A DNA stretch of 64,000 nucleotides from Hyalangium minutum (lineage in GTDB: Bacteria > Myxococcota > Myxococcia > Myxococcales > Myxococcaceae), in assembly GCF_000737315.1 (NCBI RefSeq), contig NZ_JMCB01000007.1:124001-188000 (forward strand). The letters run 5' to 3'. Shown one piece after another: positions 39,557-49,766 of the stretch. Every line of letters begins with the position of its first letter. The first letter of the stretch is position 1. Both the position numbers and the translations under genes were made by a program. Under the pieces are notes generated by a model. The model saw nothing but the letters and a program-made list of their open reading frames with translations, was not told the origin of the DNA and ran no database searches.

Positions 39557-40198
39557 TCAGAGCTTCACCTCGGCGGTACCCTTGGCGGTCACCTTCACGG
39601 TCACGGGTCCCTTCTCATCGCCTGGCCGGTAGACGCGCAGCTTCCACTCGCCTGCGGGCACATTCGTCAGCGTGAAGCTGCCGTCCTCCGAGGGCTTGGT
39701 GAAGTACGGGTTCTGGAGCACGAGAATCACAGCGCTCATCCGCGGGTGGATGGTGCAGAAGATGTCCACCCGGCCCTGCTCGTCGAACTTCAGCACCTTG
39801 GACTGCTCTTTCCCATAGAGCCCCAGGTCGAACGACTTCACCTTGGACTTGGAGAAGACGTTGTGGGTGACCCAGTCATCGTTGGTGAAGTCCACGGAGG
39901 TGCCCTTGAACAAGGGCATCACGGCTGGAGAGAAGCGGGCGCCGCGCTGGGAGAGCTTGATGGGCGTGGAGGGAGGCGGCGGGAGGCTGCCCTCGGGAAC
40001 CTCCTCGATGTAGATGACCGTGCGCTGCGCCTCCTGATCATCGGCGACGGGGATCGTGCCCTTCACGGTGCCGGCGGCCGCGGGCAGTGCCAGGAGGGAG
40101 AGGAGGAGGGTGGAGCGGAGGACGGCGGACGTGCGGTGGGTGACGTGAGCGCGCTTGCCGCGAAGGCGCATGGCGCGCGCCGAGGACAGCTTGGACAT
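39557..40198 (-). CDS. Secreted cupredoxin-like / carboxypeptidase-regulatory-like domain protein
   Basis: VDFTNDDWVTHNVFS, FDLGLY, IFCTIHPRMSAVILV and PAGEWKL. Confidence 0.75.
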   Translation of the reverse strand: MSKLSSARAMRLRGKRAHVTHRTSAVLRSTLLLSLLALPAAAGTVKGTIPVADDQEAQRTVIYIEEVPEGSLPPPPSTPIKLSQRGARFSPAVMPLFKGTSVDFTNDDWVTHNVFSKSKVKSFDLGLYGKEQSKVLKFDEQGRVDIFCTIHPRMSAVILVLQNPYFTKPSEDGSFTLTNVPAGEWKLRVYRPGDEKGPVTVKVTAKGTAEVKL

Positions 40199-40328
40199 GT
40201 GAAGACCCCCTGTTGTTGCTGGGGCCTATCTTCTCCTACTGAACGCCTCCTCGCCTGTTTCGAGCGAGTCCCTCGAGCTCCGCGCCGGGAGGAAGATCAG
40301 TGAAGTAGTTGACACTGTGGAGGGCGGC

Positions 40329-41093
40329 TCAGCCGCCGAAGTCGCCCGCGCTAAGCGCGATCGCCGTGCCGGTGATGCTCGCCGCCGCGTCCGAGGCGAG
40401 GAAGAGGCACGTTGCCGCGATTTCCTCGGGTTGGATCATGCGGCCCGTGGCGTTCATGGCCGCGAGCGTCTCGCGCGCCTGCACCTCGGTGCGGCCCGAG
40501 GTCTTGCTGATGGTGGAGACAGTCTGGGCAAGCATGTCGGTCTCCACCCAGGCGGGGTTCACCTGGTTCACCGTCACGTTCTTGCGCGCGAACTCCACCG
40601 CGAGCGAGCGGGTGATGCCCAGCAGGGCGTGCTTCGAGGCGCAGTAGGCGGATGTGTACGCGGCGCCGCGCACCGAGGCGATGGAGCCGATGTTGATGAC
40701 GCGGCCGCCGCCGGCGGTGGCCATGGCGGGCATGAGCTCGCGGCAGAAGAGGTAGGGCGCCGTGACGTTGATGGCCATGACACGGGCCAGGTCCTCGGTG
40801 CGGGTCTTCGCCAGCGGCGCGGAGACGGAGATGCCCGCGTTGTTGATGAGCACGTGGGGTGCGCCAGCCTGGAGGATGGCGCGGCAGGCGGCCAGGAGCG
40901 CCGCCTCATCCGTCACATCGAGCGGCAGGGGGCGCAGGGCGTCACCGGCCTCGGCTTTGAGCTTCTCGAGCGCCTCGGCCGAGCGTGCCAGGGCCCACAC
41001 GTCATAGCCCTGCTGAACGAAGGCCAGCGCCAAGGCGCGGCCAATGCCGCGGCTGGCGCCCGTCACCACCGCCGTCTTCCTGGGAGTCGTCAT
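40329..41093 (-). CDS. SDR family oxidoreductase
   Basis: TGASRGIG, NNAG and YCASK motifs. Confidence 0.93.
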   Translation of the reverse strand: MTTPRKTAVVTGASRGIGRALALAFVQQGYDVWALARSAEALEKLKAEAGDALRPLPLDVTDEAALLAACRAILQAGAPHVLINNAGISVSAPLAKTRTEDLARVMAINVTAPYLFCRELMPAMATAGGGRVINIGSIASVRGAAYTSAYCASKHALLGITRSLAVEFARKNVTVNQVNPAWVETDMLAQTVSTISKTSGRTEVQARETLAAMNATGRMIQPEEIAATCLFLASDAAASITGTAIALSAGDFGG

Positions 41094-41122
41094 GGCGCGG
41101 CAGGATACGCTACTAACCCTCC

Positions 41123-41905
41123 ATGGCATCAGGACCCTTCCACTTCGAGTCGCTCGGCTGGATGGAGCCTCCGGGCTTTGCGGGCCGGGAGGTGCGCGTC
41201 TTCGTGCCGTCCCGCTTCGATCCGCAGGTGCCCACGCCTGCACTCTTCCTCTTCGATGGGCAGAACGTCTTCGAGGGCCCTCCGGGACAGGACCAGGGGT
41301 GGTTCGTCCACGAGGCCATCGAGGGGATGGACCCACGTTGGAACGTGGCCCCGCTGGTGGTCGCCATTCCGAGCGGTACTTCCTGGGCCGAGCGGGAGGA
41401 CGAGCTGACGCCCTGGCCCACCGAGGGCCGAGGCGGACGCGCCGATGCCTTCCTCGACTGGGTGGCCCACGCGGTGGTGCCTCGCACGCGAGAGCGCTTC
41501 CTCCTCCCGGAAGGGGCGCTGGGAGCGGTGGTGGGCGGAGCCTCCTGGGGCGGACTGCTGGCACTCCACGCCCACTTCGCGTTCCCACACCTCTTCGGTG
41601 GAGCGCTCGCGCTGTCACCCAGTTGCTGGGTGGGGAACTTCGCGATCTTCGAGTCCCTGCGCCACCGTGAGCGCCCTCCTTTCAGCCGCATCTACATGGA
41701 TTGCGGAGGGCGCGAGGCGGAGGGCCGGATGCTGCCGCCCGCCGAAGCCCTCGCCGGGGAGCTCCGAGCGCGGGGCTACTCCCGGAGCCAGCTGTGGTGG
41801 CGGCCGGACCCTGGCGCGGATCACAACGAGAGGGCCTGGCGAAGGCGCCTGCCCCGGGCGCTGCGCTTCATGTTCCGCCGAGGCCCTCGGCCGGGCCGAC
41901 CCTGA
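41123..41905 (+). CDS. Alpha/beta hydrolase, putative esterase family
   Basis: LFLFDGQNVF, GGASWGG nucleophile elbow, HNERAW. Confidence 0.88.
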   Translation: MASGPFHFESLGWMEPPGFAGREVRVFVPSRFDPQVPTPALFLFDGQNVFEGPPGQDQGWFVHEAIEGMDPRWNVAPLVVAIPSGTSWAEREDELTPWPTEGRGGRADAFLDWVAHAVVPRTRERFLLPEGALGAVVGGASWGGLLALHAHFAFPHLFGGALALSPSCWVGNFAIFESLRHRERPPFSRIYMDCGGREAEGRMLPPAEALAGELRARGYSRSQLWWRPDPGADHNERAWRRRLPRALRFMFRRGPRPGRP

Positions 41906-41990
41906 GCCTACTTGCCATGGTTCTGTCATGGCGCGGTCGCGGGAGTCCTAATATCAGCCCCGAGAGATCACCCCGCACCCGGAGGGCGAA

Positions 41991-42572
41991 ATGATGGAGC
42001 TTGTGAGGACTGCCAGCGTCGCGTGGTACGTGACGGGCCGGTTTTATACGGCGGCCGATCAGACGACGCAGGACCTGGGCTACTTCCTCCATCTCCAGGG
42101 GATCGAGGGGGATCTCTTCGATGGCAAGCCCAGCGAGAAGACCGCCTTCTTCACCTTCCGGTCGGCGCCGTTCACGGCCCAGCCCGTGACCAACGGGGAC
42201 ATCTCCCTGGGGCTCGACACAACGGGTGAGTTCACCCTGTACCTCAAGCGTCACCCGGGCGCGTCCTTTGATCAGCCCAGCTCTTTCTCCGAGGGAGAGC
42301 CCATCGCGAGGTTCCGCCGGGTCAGCGTCGTCATGGGTGCGACCTTCTCCAGCCCTCAGCCCCAGCAAGGACTGCTGGCACTCAACGTCTTCACGGCGTC
42401 GCTCATCTGGAGCCAGGAGTTCGAGTTCCGGGGCGCCCGGTATGATCTCCGGAGGCTGCTGCCAAACGGCATCACGCAGTGGGGAGAGGCGAGCCCCACG
42501 CTGCTCCCCGCGCCGAAGGGCTTCGAGAAGGTCTGCGCGTTCGTCGGGTCCGCGATCGCGGCAGGACGGTGA
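41991..42572 (+). CDS. Hypothetical protein (beta-rich)
   Basis: 193 aa with GGAGG RBS, GC3-biased frame. Confidence 0.7.
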   Translation: MMELVRTASVAWYVTGRFYTAADQTTQDLGYFLHLQGIEGDLFDGKPSEKTAFFTFRSAPFTAQPVTNGDISLGLDTTGEFTLYLKRHPGASFDQPSSFSEGEPIARFRRVSVVMGATFSSPQPQQGLLALNVFTASLIWSQEFEFRGARYDLRRLLPNGITQWGEASPTLLPAPKGFEKVCAFVGSAIAAGR

Positions 42573-42676
42573 GGGAGGGCTTCGTCAGGCGGGAGCGCCC
42601 CGGCCTCCTCCATCGCAAGCTCGACGGCTTGCGCTGAGGAGCCGAGGCGCCCACCCGTGTCAGCGATACTCGGGGA

Positions 42677-45412
42677 CTACCAGGGGCAGTTGACGACCTG
42701 CACGGTGCGCGTCACGGGCGGGGCGCGGTTTCCGCCTCCATCCGTCACATTGTACAGCAGCGTGTAGGTGCCGACGGCCCAGGCATTTACCTCGCCCGTG
42801 CGCCACACCCAGCTCGTGATGTTGCCGTAGCACGCGTCGGTCGCCACCACGCCCGGGTCCTGCCACGGGGTGTTGCACGTGTGCACGATGGATGAGGCGC
42901 CCACGAGCGTCAGCGTCGGCGGCGTCGAGTCATTCACGATCACCGTGCGGGCGGCATCCACCGTCTGGCCCCCCGCATCCCACGCGGAATAGGAGACCGT
43001 GTACTCACCCTCGTACTGCAGCAAGGGGCCCGGTCCGGAAGAGTCCGTGCCCGTGTTGTACGCGTGCACCGTGATCGCGTTGCCACACCCATCCACGGCC
43101 TGAGCGCCCGGATCGCTGTAGGCCGTGTTCCGGCGGCACTCCAGGACCAGCGGGGAGCCGCCGTTGACCGTGAGCACCGGAGGCTGCGAGGCGCAGGTCT
43201 GCGGCGGAGCCTCCTCGGCGTACAGCTCCGCCGAGGCCACGCTGTTGCCGCCGCTGTTGCCGCCCACCGCCAGCACCTTTCCGGAGGCGAGTTGCACGGT
43301 GCTGTAGGTGCTGCGGGCCTGGGCCATCCGGTCCGCGGAGTGCCAGGAGCCCGTGCTCTCGTCGTACCACTCGGAAGAGGGGAAGTCCGTGGAGCTGTTT
43401 CGCCCGCCGGTGACGAGCACCTTGCCCGAGGGCAGCAGATCCGCCGAAGCATCGAAGCGAGCCGCGCTCAGGGGCTGGAGGGCGCTCCACTGGTTGGTGG
43501 CCGGATCGTACACCTCGGCGGTAGCCACCGGGATGTAGCTCGCGTTGTAGCCGCCCGCCACGAGCACCTTGCCCGAGGGCAGCAGCGAGGCCACGCCGTA
43601 CAGGTGGGCCGATGACAGCGCGCCCGTGGCAGTCCACGTGTGCGTGGCGGGATCGAACACTTCGGCCGAGGCCAAGGGGCCATTGGGGCCAGAGCCGCTG
43701 ATCGCCAGCACCTTGCCGGACGCCAGGAGGACGAGCTTCACGCCGAAGCGGCCGGTGAGCAGGGCGCCCTCGGCGCTCCAGGTGCCGCTGGCCGGATCGT
43801 ACAGTTCCACAGAGTTCAGGTTCGAGCTCGACGAGCCGCCACCGCCCACGGCCAGCACCTGGCCCGACGGCAGCAGCAGCGCCGCGTGGTAGGAGCGAGC
43901 GAAGGCCATCGAGCCAGTGGGGCTCCAGGTGCCCGAAGTGGGATCATAGAGCTCCGCGGAGGCGTACCGGCCGTCCGGGCCAGCACCGCCCGCGATGAGC
44001 ACCTTCCCCGAAGGCAGCAGGGTCGCCGTGTGCTGGTAGCGGGGCACGGCCATCGAAGCCGTGGGGCTCCAGGTGCCGGAGGTGGGATTGTACAGCTCGG
44101 CCGAAGAGAGGAGGGTGTTGCTGCCCAGGGCATAGGTCTGACCGCCGCCCGCCACGAGCACCTTCCCGGACGGAAGCAGCGTCGCGGGGGTGGAGGAGCG
44201 CACGGTGGTCATGGCTCCCGTGGAGGCCCAGCTCACGGTGGCGGGACCGTACAGCTCCGCGCTCGCGCTGAAGTAGGGGCCTGTGTCGCCACCCACCGCC
44301 AGCACCTCGCCGGAGCTCAGCAGCACCGCCGTCCGGCCATAGCCGCCCAGGGTCGACAGGGTGCCCGCGCTGCTCCAGGTGCCCGTGTCGGGATCATAGA
44401 TCTCGGTGCTGGAGAGGAAGTAATCGCCCGCGGTGACGACCACCTTGCCGGAGGGCGTGGTCGTCGCGGCAAACGAGGCGCGAGCCTTGCTCATGCTGCC
44501 CGTCGGGCTCCAGGAGTTGGTGGCCGGGTCGTACACCTCGGCGCTGTTGCCGTTGGGCGAACTCCCACCCGTGATCAGCACCTTGCCCGAGGGCAGCAGC
44601 GCGGCGGCGTGGCCGCTGCGAGCCTCATGGAGGGTCGCGACGGCGCTCCAGGAGTTGGTGGCCGGGTCGTACACCTCGGCAGTGCCGGCGGCGATGCTCT
44701 GCGCTCCGCCGACGACCAGCACCTTGCCGGAGGCCAGCAGCGTCGCGGAGTGCCCCGGGTAGCGGATCGTGAGCATGGGACCGGTGAGGGTCCAAGTGTT
44801 GGTGGCGGGATCATACACCTCCGCGGTGGAGAGCGCGCCGCTGCCATAGTTGCTGTAGCCGCCGGTGACGAGCACCTTGCCCGACGGCAACAGCGTCGCC
44901 TTGTGGCCGTAGCGGTCGGTGCGCATCGAGGCGGCGGCGGTCGAAGTCTTCGTCACTGGGTCATACAGCTCCGCCGAGCCCGCCGTGCCGCCATTGGTGC
45001 CGCCCGCGATCAGCACCTTGCCGTTGGGCAGCGCCGTGGCGGTGTGGCTATAGCGCGTGGTCTGCAGGTTGCCGGCGAAGCTCCAACTCCGCGTGGCCGG
45101 GTCATAGAGCTCCACGCTGCTCAGGGAGTTCATCCGGTTGCCGCTGCGGGTCATGCCACCAGTGACCACGGCCTTCCCATCAAGGAGCGCTGTGAGGGTG
45201 TGATTGGCGCGCGTGGTCCCCAGAAAGCCGGCGGAGGACCAGGTGGAGACCGTCGTGGTCAGGGCCCGCTGAGATACGGCCTTGCCTGGGGCGAGGTGGG
45301 GGGCAGGCTCCGAGGGGCGAGCCTGCTCCGGAGTTTCGGAGGGCTCGGTGGAACTGCAGGCGATCAGAGTGCACAACAACAGGACAAGCTTGGGGTGTGG
45401 CGGCCGGTGCAT
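42677..45412 (-). CDS. Kelch-repeat lipoprotein with two C-terminal DUF5011/Ig-like domains
   Basis: Lipobox LIAC; over 12 H.ATLLPSGKVL..GG..SAELYDP repeats; PTLTLVG..DPG..ATD motifs. Confidence 0.92.
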   Translation of the reverse strand: MHRPPHPKLVLLLCTLIACSSTEPSETPEQARPSEPAPHLAPGKAVSQRALTTTVSTWSSAGFLGTTRANHTLTALLDGKAVVTGGMTRSGNRMNSLSSVELYDPATRSWSFAGNLQTTRYSHTATALPNGKVLIAGGTNGGTAGSAELYDPVTKTSTAAASMRTDRYGHKATLLPSGKVLVTGGYSNYGSGALSTAEVYDPATNTWTLTGPMLTIRYPGHSATLLASGKVLVVGGAQSIAAGTAEVYDPATNSWSAVATLHEARSGHAAALLPSGKVLITGGSSPNGNSAEVYDPATNSWSPTGSMSKARASFAATTTPSGKVVVTAGDYFLSSTEIYDPDTGTWSSAGTLSTLGGYGRTAVLLSSGEVLAVGGDTGPYFSASAELYGPATVSWASTGAMTTVRSSTPATLLPSGKVLVAGGGQTYALGSNTLLSSAELYNPTSGTWSPTASMAVPRYQHTATLLPSGKVLIAGGAGPDGRYASAELYDPTSGTWSPTGSMAFARSYHAALLLPSGQVLAVGGGGSSSSNLNSVELYDPASGTWSAEGALLTGRFGVKLVLLASGKVLAISGSGPNGPLASAEVFDPATHTWTATGALSSAHLYGVASLLPSGKVLVAGGYNASYIPVATAEVYDPATNQWSALQPLSAARFDASADLLPSGKVLVTGGRNSSTDFPSSEWYDESTGSWHSADRMAQARSTYSTVQLASGKVLAVGGNSGGNSVASAELYAEEAPPQTCASQPPVLTVNGGSPLVLECRRNTAYSDPGAQAVDGCGNAITVHAYNTGTDSSGPGPLLQYEGEYTVSYSAWDAGGQTVDAARTVIVNDSTPPTLTLVGASSIVHTCNTPWQDPGVVATDACYGNITSWVWRTGEVNAWAVGTYTLLYNVTDGGGNRAPPVTRTVQVVNCPW

Positions 45413-45635
45413 GGGGGACCTCCCGTTGAACTGAGGGCGGGAGGATGCTGCAGGACTCCGACGAATCTTGGAAAAATCAGTTGCATGTTTAATCGTGAAT
45501 GTCGGTTTTTGCGGGCGCACATGCTCACCTTCACGCGCGGCTGGTCGGCGGAACCTCTGCCTACTCCCAGCGCGAGCGGGCAGCCGCGTCCCTCATGTTA
45601 GAAGCCGCGCATCCCTTCACCCCCGAGGAAGAGCC

Positions 45636-46817
45636 ATGCCGCGCGCGGAGATCACCGACCTGCTCCTGATCGACCAGCTGCTGACGGACGAGGAGCGAGC
45701 CGCGCGGGACACGGTGGCTCGCTTCGTGGACGAGAAGGTGCTGCCCATCATCGGCCAGCACTTCCGAGAGGGCACCTTCCCCGCGCACCTCATCCCCGGC
45801 CTGGCGGAGCTGGGAGTGCTGGGCGCCAACCTCCAGGGGTACGGCTGCGCGGGGATGAACACGGTGAGCTACGGGCTGATTCTCCAGGAACTGGAGCGAG
45901 GGGACTCGGGGCTGCGCTCGTTCGCATCGGTGCAGGGCTCGCTGTGCATGTTCCCCATCCACGCTTACGGCAGCGAGGAGCAGAAGCAGCGCTTTCTGCC
46001 GGGCATGGCGCAGGGCCGCATCATCGGGTGCTTTGGGCTGACGGAGCCGGACTTCGGCTCGAACCCGGGCGGGATGAAGGCGCGGGCGCGCAAGGATGGG
46101 GACACGTGGGTGCTCAACGGCAGCAAGGCGTGGATCACCAACGGGGCCATCGCGGATGTGGCGGTGGTGTGGGCGAAGACGGAGGAGGGGGGCGCCGAGT
46201 CCGTCCGAGGTTTCCTGGTGGAGAAGGGGATGCCGGGGTTCACGGCGCGGGAGATTCCGGGGAAGTTCTCGCTGCGGGCCTCGGTGACGAGCGAGCTGTC
46301 CTTTCAGGATGTCCGTGTACCGGAGCGCAACGTGCTGCCGAAGGTGACGGGGCTCAAGGGGCCTCTGTCGTGCCTCAACAACGCGCGGCTGGGGATTTCA
46401 TTCGCGGTGACGGGGGCAGCCATTGCGTGCTTCGAGGGAGCGCGGGAGTACGCGCTGTCGCGCGTGCAGTTCGACGGCAAGTCCATCGCGGGCTACCAGC
46501 TCACGCAGGAGAAGCTGGCGGACATGCTCCAGGAGATCGTCAAGGCGCAGTTGCTGGGGCTGCGGGTGGCACGGCTGAAGGACGAGGGCAAGGTGACGCC
46601 AGTGATGGTGAGCCTGGCCAAGCGCAACAACGTGAAGGCGGCGCTGGAGATCGCGCGGACGGCGCGGGGCATCTACGGAGCCAACGGCATCACGGACGCA
46701 TACCCGCCGGTGCGGCACATGCTGAACCTGGAGAGCGTGTTCACCTACGAGGGCACGCACGAGGTGCACACGCTGGTGCTGGGCAAGGCCATCACGGGCA
46801 TTGACGCGTTCAACTGA
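45636..46817 (+). CDS. gcdH: Acyl-CoA dehydrogenase (glutaryl-CoA dehydrogenase-like)
   Basis: GCFGLTEPDFGS, LNGSKAWITNG, ELERGDSGLRSFASVQGSL, NLESVFTYEGT. Confidence 0.9.
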   Translation: MPRAEITDLLLIDQLLTDEERAARDTVARFVDEKVLPIIGQHFREGTFPAHLIPGLAELGVLGANLQGYGCAGMNTVSYGLILQELERGDSGLRSFASVQGSLCMFPIHAYGSEEQKQRFLPGMAQGRIIGCFGLTEPDFGSNPGGMKARARKDGDTWVLNGSKAWITNGAIADVAVVWAKTEEGGAESVRGFLVEKGMPGFTAREIPGKFSLRASVTSELSFQDVRVPERNVLPKVTGLKGPLSCLNNARLGISFAVTGAAIACFEGAREYALSRVQFDGKSIAGYQLTQEKLADMLQEIVKAQLLGLRVARLKDEGKVTPVMVSLAKRNNVKAALEIARTARGIYGANGITDAYPPVRHMLNLESVFTYEGTHEVHTLVLGKAITGIDAFN

Positions 46818-47530
46818 TGGGATGGCTTTCAATGCGATGGCTCTGGCTGTGGGCGGCTGGTTTCCTGGCGGCCTGCGCGACGCTCCCTATCTCTGAAGGG
46901 GAGAATCTCGGGTGTGAGGTTGCATTCGAGGCCTTTTCGTTCGACGAGGCCTGCGCGGATGAGAGCAGCCTGACGCCGCTGTGTGGCGGTGGGCAGTGTG
47001 GACTGTACCGATGCCGTGAGGTTCAGGAACACCTCCCGGCGGGAAGCGTGCTCCTTACCAGGGGAGGGGGACTGTCACTTCCCATCGTTGGGGGCGGCGC
47101 GCAGAGGAACTGGGGAAGTGCGCAGGAACTGCCGCAGGACAAGCGGCCGGTGTTCATCATCCCGTGGCGGCACAAGCCGCCCCTGCTGCCAAGCCAGATC
47201 CAGGCGCTCAAGGAGGCGGAGCAAGAGCGCCGAAAGCCTCACGAGAAGCACCACATCTTCCCGCAGGCCTCCCGGGAGTGGTTCGAAGGGAAGAAAATCG
47301 ACATCGACGAATACACAATCCCGCTGGAAGTGGAGAAGCACCGGAGCATCCACCGGGGCGAGCGTGGAGGGCCGTGGAATGCCGCCTGGAGAAAGTGGAT
47401 CTTCGATAACGGCGACGCGACGAAGGAAGAGATTTTTCGGTACGCCGGGCAGCTTATCTACGAGTTCGAGTTGTTCGGGCCCATTGTGCCCTATTGGAAG
47501 CTGCCGCCACCTCTGCCGCCGGGATATTGA
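46817..47530 (+). CDS. sitA6: SitA6-family (TIGR02269) polymorphic toxin lipoprotein
   Basis: Lipobox LAAC; Cys-rich N-region (LCGGGQCGLYRC); RNWGSAQ; HEKHHIFPQ..H..IHRG HNH-like nuclease motif. Confidence 0.88.
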   Translation: MGWLSMRWLWLWAAGFLAACATLPISEGENLGCEVAFEAFSFDEACADESSLTPLCGGGQCGLYRCREVQEHLPAGSVLLTRGGGLSLPIVGGGAQRNWGSAQELPQDKRPVFIIPWRHKPPLLPSQIQALKEAEQERRKPHEKHHIFPQASREWFEGKKIDIDEYTIPLEVEKHRSIHRGERGGPWNAAWRKWIFDNGDATKEEIFRYAGQLIYEFELFGPIVPYWKLPPPLPPGY

Positions 47531-47536
47531 GGCGCC

Positions 47537-48265
47537 ATGCGATTCTACTCGGTGCAAGGCGTTCCAGACCCGCGGTACTCGGGCGAGCATACGGACGCGC
47601 GCAAGTGGAGCCTGCCCGGAATTCAATGCCCAGCGTGTCAGGCCATCTGGTCCACCGCTGCGGATGCCTATCCCTCGGTGGATCTATCTCAGATGCCAGT
47701 AGACGAGCAGAAGAAGTATGGAGGGTTCCAGGAGGACTATGCGGAATTTGAGCGCTTGCGCGAGCAGGTGCGGTCGCTAGCTCCTCCCGGCGTTCATCTC
47801 TGGCCCGGGACCGGTTTGGGGCCCATGACGGGCTCTGCTCAGGGGGAATTCGGTCCGCTCACCTTGGCACATCCGTGGAATCTGCTGATGCGGCGCGAGC
47901 CGCTGGAGCACCTCCAGGCCGAGGGACTTCGTGGTCTGAAGGGCTGCCGTACCCAGCTGCGTTTTCGCAAGAAGAACCCGCCTGAACTTTTGGAGATGGA
48001 GTTGCTTCCGCGGGGACACGTTCATCCGGACTGCTTGCCCCCGGACCGTCCCGCCCCATGCCCGAAGTGTGAACGCAAGGGGTGGAAACGCCCTCCAGAG
48101 GAAGAACTCATCCTGGATGCAGCCACGCTGCCGCAAGACCAGGACTTGTTCCGGCTGGAGGACTTTTTGACGTCGGTCATCTGCACCGAGCGCTTCGTCC
48201 AGGCAGTGCGGCGGTTGGGCTACGAGCAGGACATTGCCTTCCGCGAACTGCCGGTACGGGGCTGA
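47537..48265 (+). CDS. sitI6: SitI6-family double-CXXCG immunity protein (TIGR02264)
   Basis: WSLPGIQCPACQAIW, YPSVDLS, CPKC, FRLEDF..ICTERFV; 6 bp after the toxin stop. Confidence 0.88.
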   Translation: MRFYSVQGVPDPRYSGEHTDARKWSLPGIQCPACQAIWSTAADAYPSVDLSQMPVDEQKKYGGFQEDYAEFERLREQVRSLAPPGVHLWPGTGLGPMTGSAQGEFGPLTLAHPWNLLMRREPLEHLQAEGLRGLKGCRTQLRFRKKNPPELLEMELLPRGHVHPDCLPPDRPAPCPKCERKGWKRPPEEELILDAATLPQDQDLFRLEDFLTSVICTERFVQAVRRLGYEQDIAFRELPVRG

Positions 48266-48287
48266 CAGCCTGCGTCCCGGAGGAACC

Positions 48288-49688
48288 TCAGAAGAGGGTA
48301 GGGATCGAGTAGGGCGGCCAGCAGTCCTTCCATGGGCGCGCCTCTTCGAGTTGATACGCGAGACTCAGGAGCAACGCGTCGGCGCCGGGAGCCGCAGCGA
48401 AGTGGATGCCGATGGGCAGCCCGCTCTCCGAGAAGTGGAGAGGCACTGACATCGCCGGGCACCCAGCGATGTTGTGGATGGGCGCGTAGCCGTTGGTCCG
48501 CGCTGTGCGGCGGATCAGCTCCTCACGCTTCAGCACGGGTGACAGGTGCCCGATGCGCCAGGGCTCGGTGGCGAGCGTTGGCGTGAGCACCACGTCGTAG
48601 CCTCGGGTCGTCTCCAAATAGGTGCGCACTGCCTGGGCAAAGACAGCCCGCGCATGCAGCAATGCATCGGGCCCGCGCGAGAGGAAGGTCTCCACCAGCG
48701 CCCAGGTGAAGGGCTCGAGCTCCTCGGTCTGCACGGGTACGCCCCGTGTCTGGTCGATTCTGTCGATGATGCTCGCCACCGCCGCACCCGCGACGAGGAA
48801 GAAGGCGTCTCCCAACTCCGGACCGCTGAAGAGAGGGGGCTCGATAGGCTCAAGAACGTGACCGAGCTCAGAGAGCAGCGTCATTGCCTCCTCATAGGCG
48901 CGGCGCACCGGTGGCTCCGGCTCCGTGCCCAGCACTGTCCGCGTCCAGGTCACGATGCGCAGCTTGCGTGTGATGGGCTCTCGCACGAAGCCGACGGGCA
49001 TGCCGCTCGAGCGATCCTCGGTGAGCGACAGGAACAACGCGCTATCGCGCACCGAGCGGCTGATGCAGTGGTCGCTCGTCATGTCTCCAAAGTCAGTGCC
49101 CCGCATTCCCGCTGACACCGTACGGCCACGGCTCGGCTTGAAGCCAAAGACACCGCACGCCGACGCGGGCATTCGGATCGAACCGCCCCCATCATTCGCG
49201 TGCGCGAGCGGAACGAGCCCCGCCGCCACCGCCGCCGCGCTCCCTCCGGACGAGCCTGCTGCTGAGCAGGAAAGATCCCACGGATTGTGGGTCACGCCCT
49301 CGAGCAGCGTCTCGGTGCTGGCCAGCAGGCCGAACTCCGACATCGCGCTCTTGCCCACGCACACGAGCCCTGACTCCACGAGCCGCCTGCCATGCGGCGT
49401 CTGTTGATGAGCGGCTTGGGCCGCGAACAGCCGAGAACCCCACGACCACCGCAGCCCTGGCCACGGCGTCGAGTCCTTTACCAGGAACGGCACCCCGGAG
49501 AACGGCCCCGCGCCTGCCGGACGGCGGCGCTCACGCTCGACCGTGACCACCGCGCGCAGCAGCGGATTCAGCGCCTCGATGCGCACCATGCACGCATCGA
49601 GCAACTCCTCCGCAGAGACCTCCCCCCGCGCGCATAGCTCCGCTTGAGCCATGCCATCCATGCGGGCGAGAGACGCTAGCTCCTTCAC
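48288..49688 (-). CDS. Amidase signature family protein
   Basis: GVPFLVKD, GKSAMSEFG, GSSGGSAAAVA, DGGGSIRMPAS. Confidence 0.93.
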   Translation of the reverse strand: MKELASLARMDGMAQAELCARGEVSAEELLDACMVRIEALNPLLRAVVTVERERRRPAGAGPFSGVPFLVKDSTPWPGLRWSWGSRLFAAQAAHQQTPHGRRLVESGLVCVGKSAMSEFGLLASTETLLEGVTHNPWDLSCSAAGSSGGSAAAVAAGLVPLAHANDGGGSIRMPASACGVFGFKPSRGRTVSAGMRGTDFGDMTSDHCISRSVRDSALFLSLTEDRSSGMPVGFVREPITRKLRIVTWTRTVLGTEPEPPVRRAYEEAMTLLSELGHVLEPIEPPLFSGPELGDAFFLVAGAAVASIIDRIDQTRGVPVQTEELEPFTWALVETFLSRGPDALLHARAVFAQAVRTYLETTRGYDVVLTPTLATEPWRIGHLSPVLKREELIRRTARTNGYAPIHNIAGCPAMSVPLHFSESGLPIGIHFAAAPGADALLLSLAYQLEEARPWKDCWPPYSIPTLF

Positions 49689-49766
49689 GGGACACCCCTC
49701 TCTCCACTTCGCCTTCCGCGAGCTGCCGGTTCACGGCAGCCCACGGTGAGCGTCCCAGGGGAGCCG

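Noticed and set aside
37714-40198. MCP plus cupredoxin-like gene as a sensory operon
   Set aside because: The genes are convergent and no che genes are in the window
42610-42655. Shared GGGCGCCTCGG motif (inverse copy) with the 6333 hairpin as a REP family
   Set aside because: Only two short GC-rich matches, which could be chance; needs a genome-wide count
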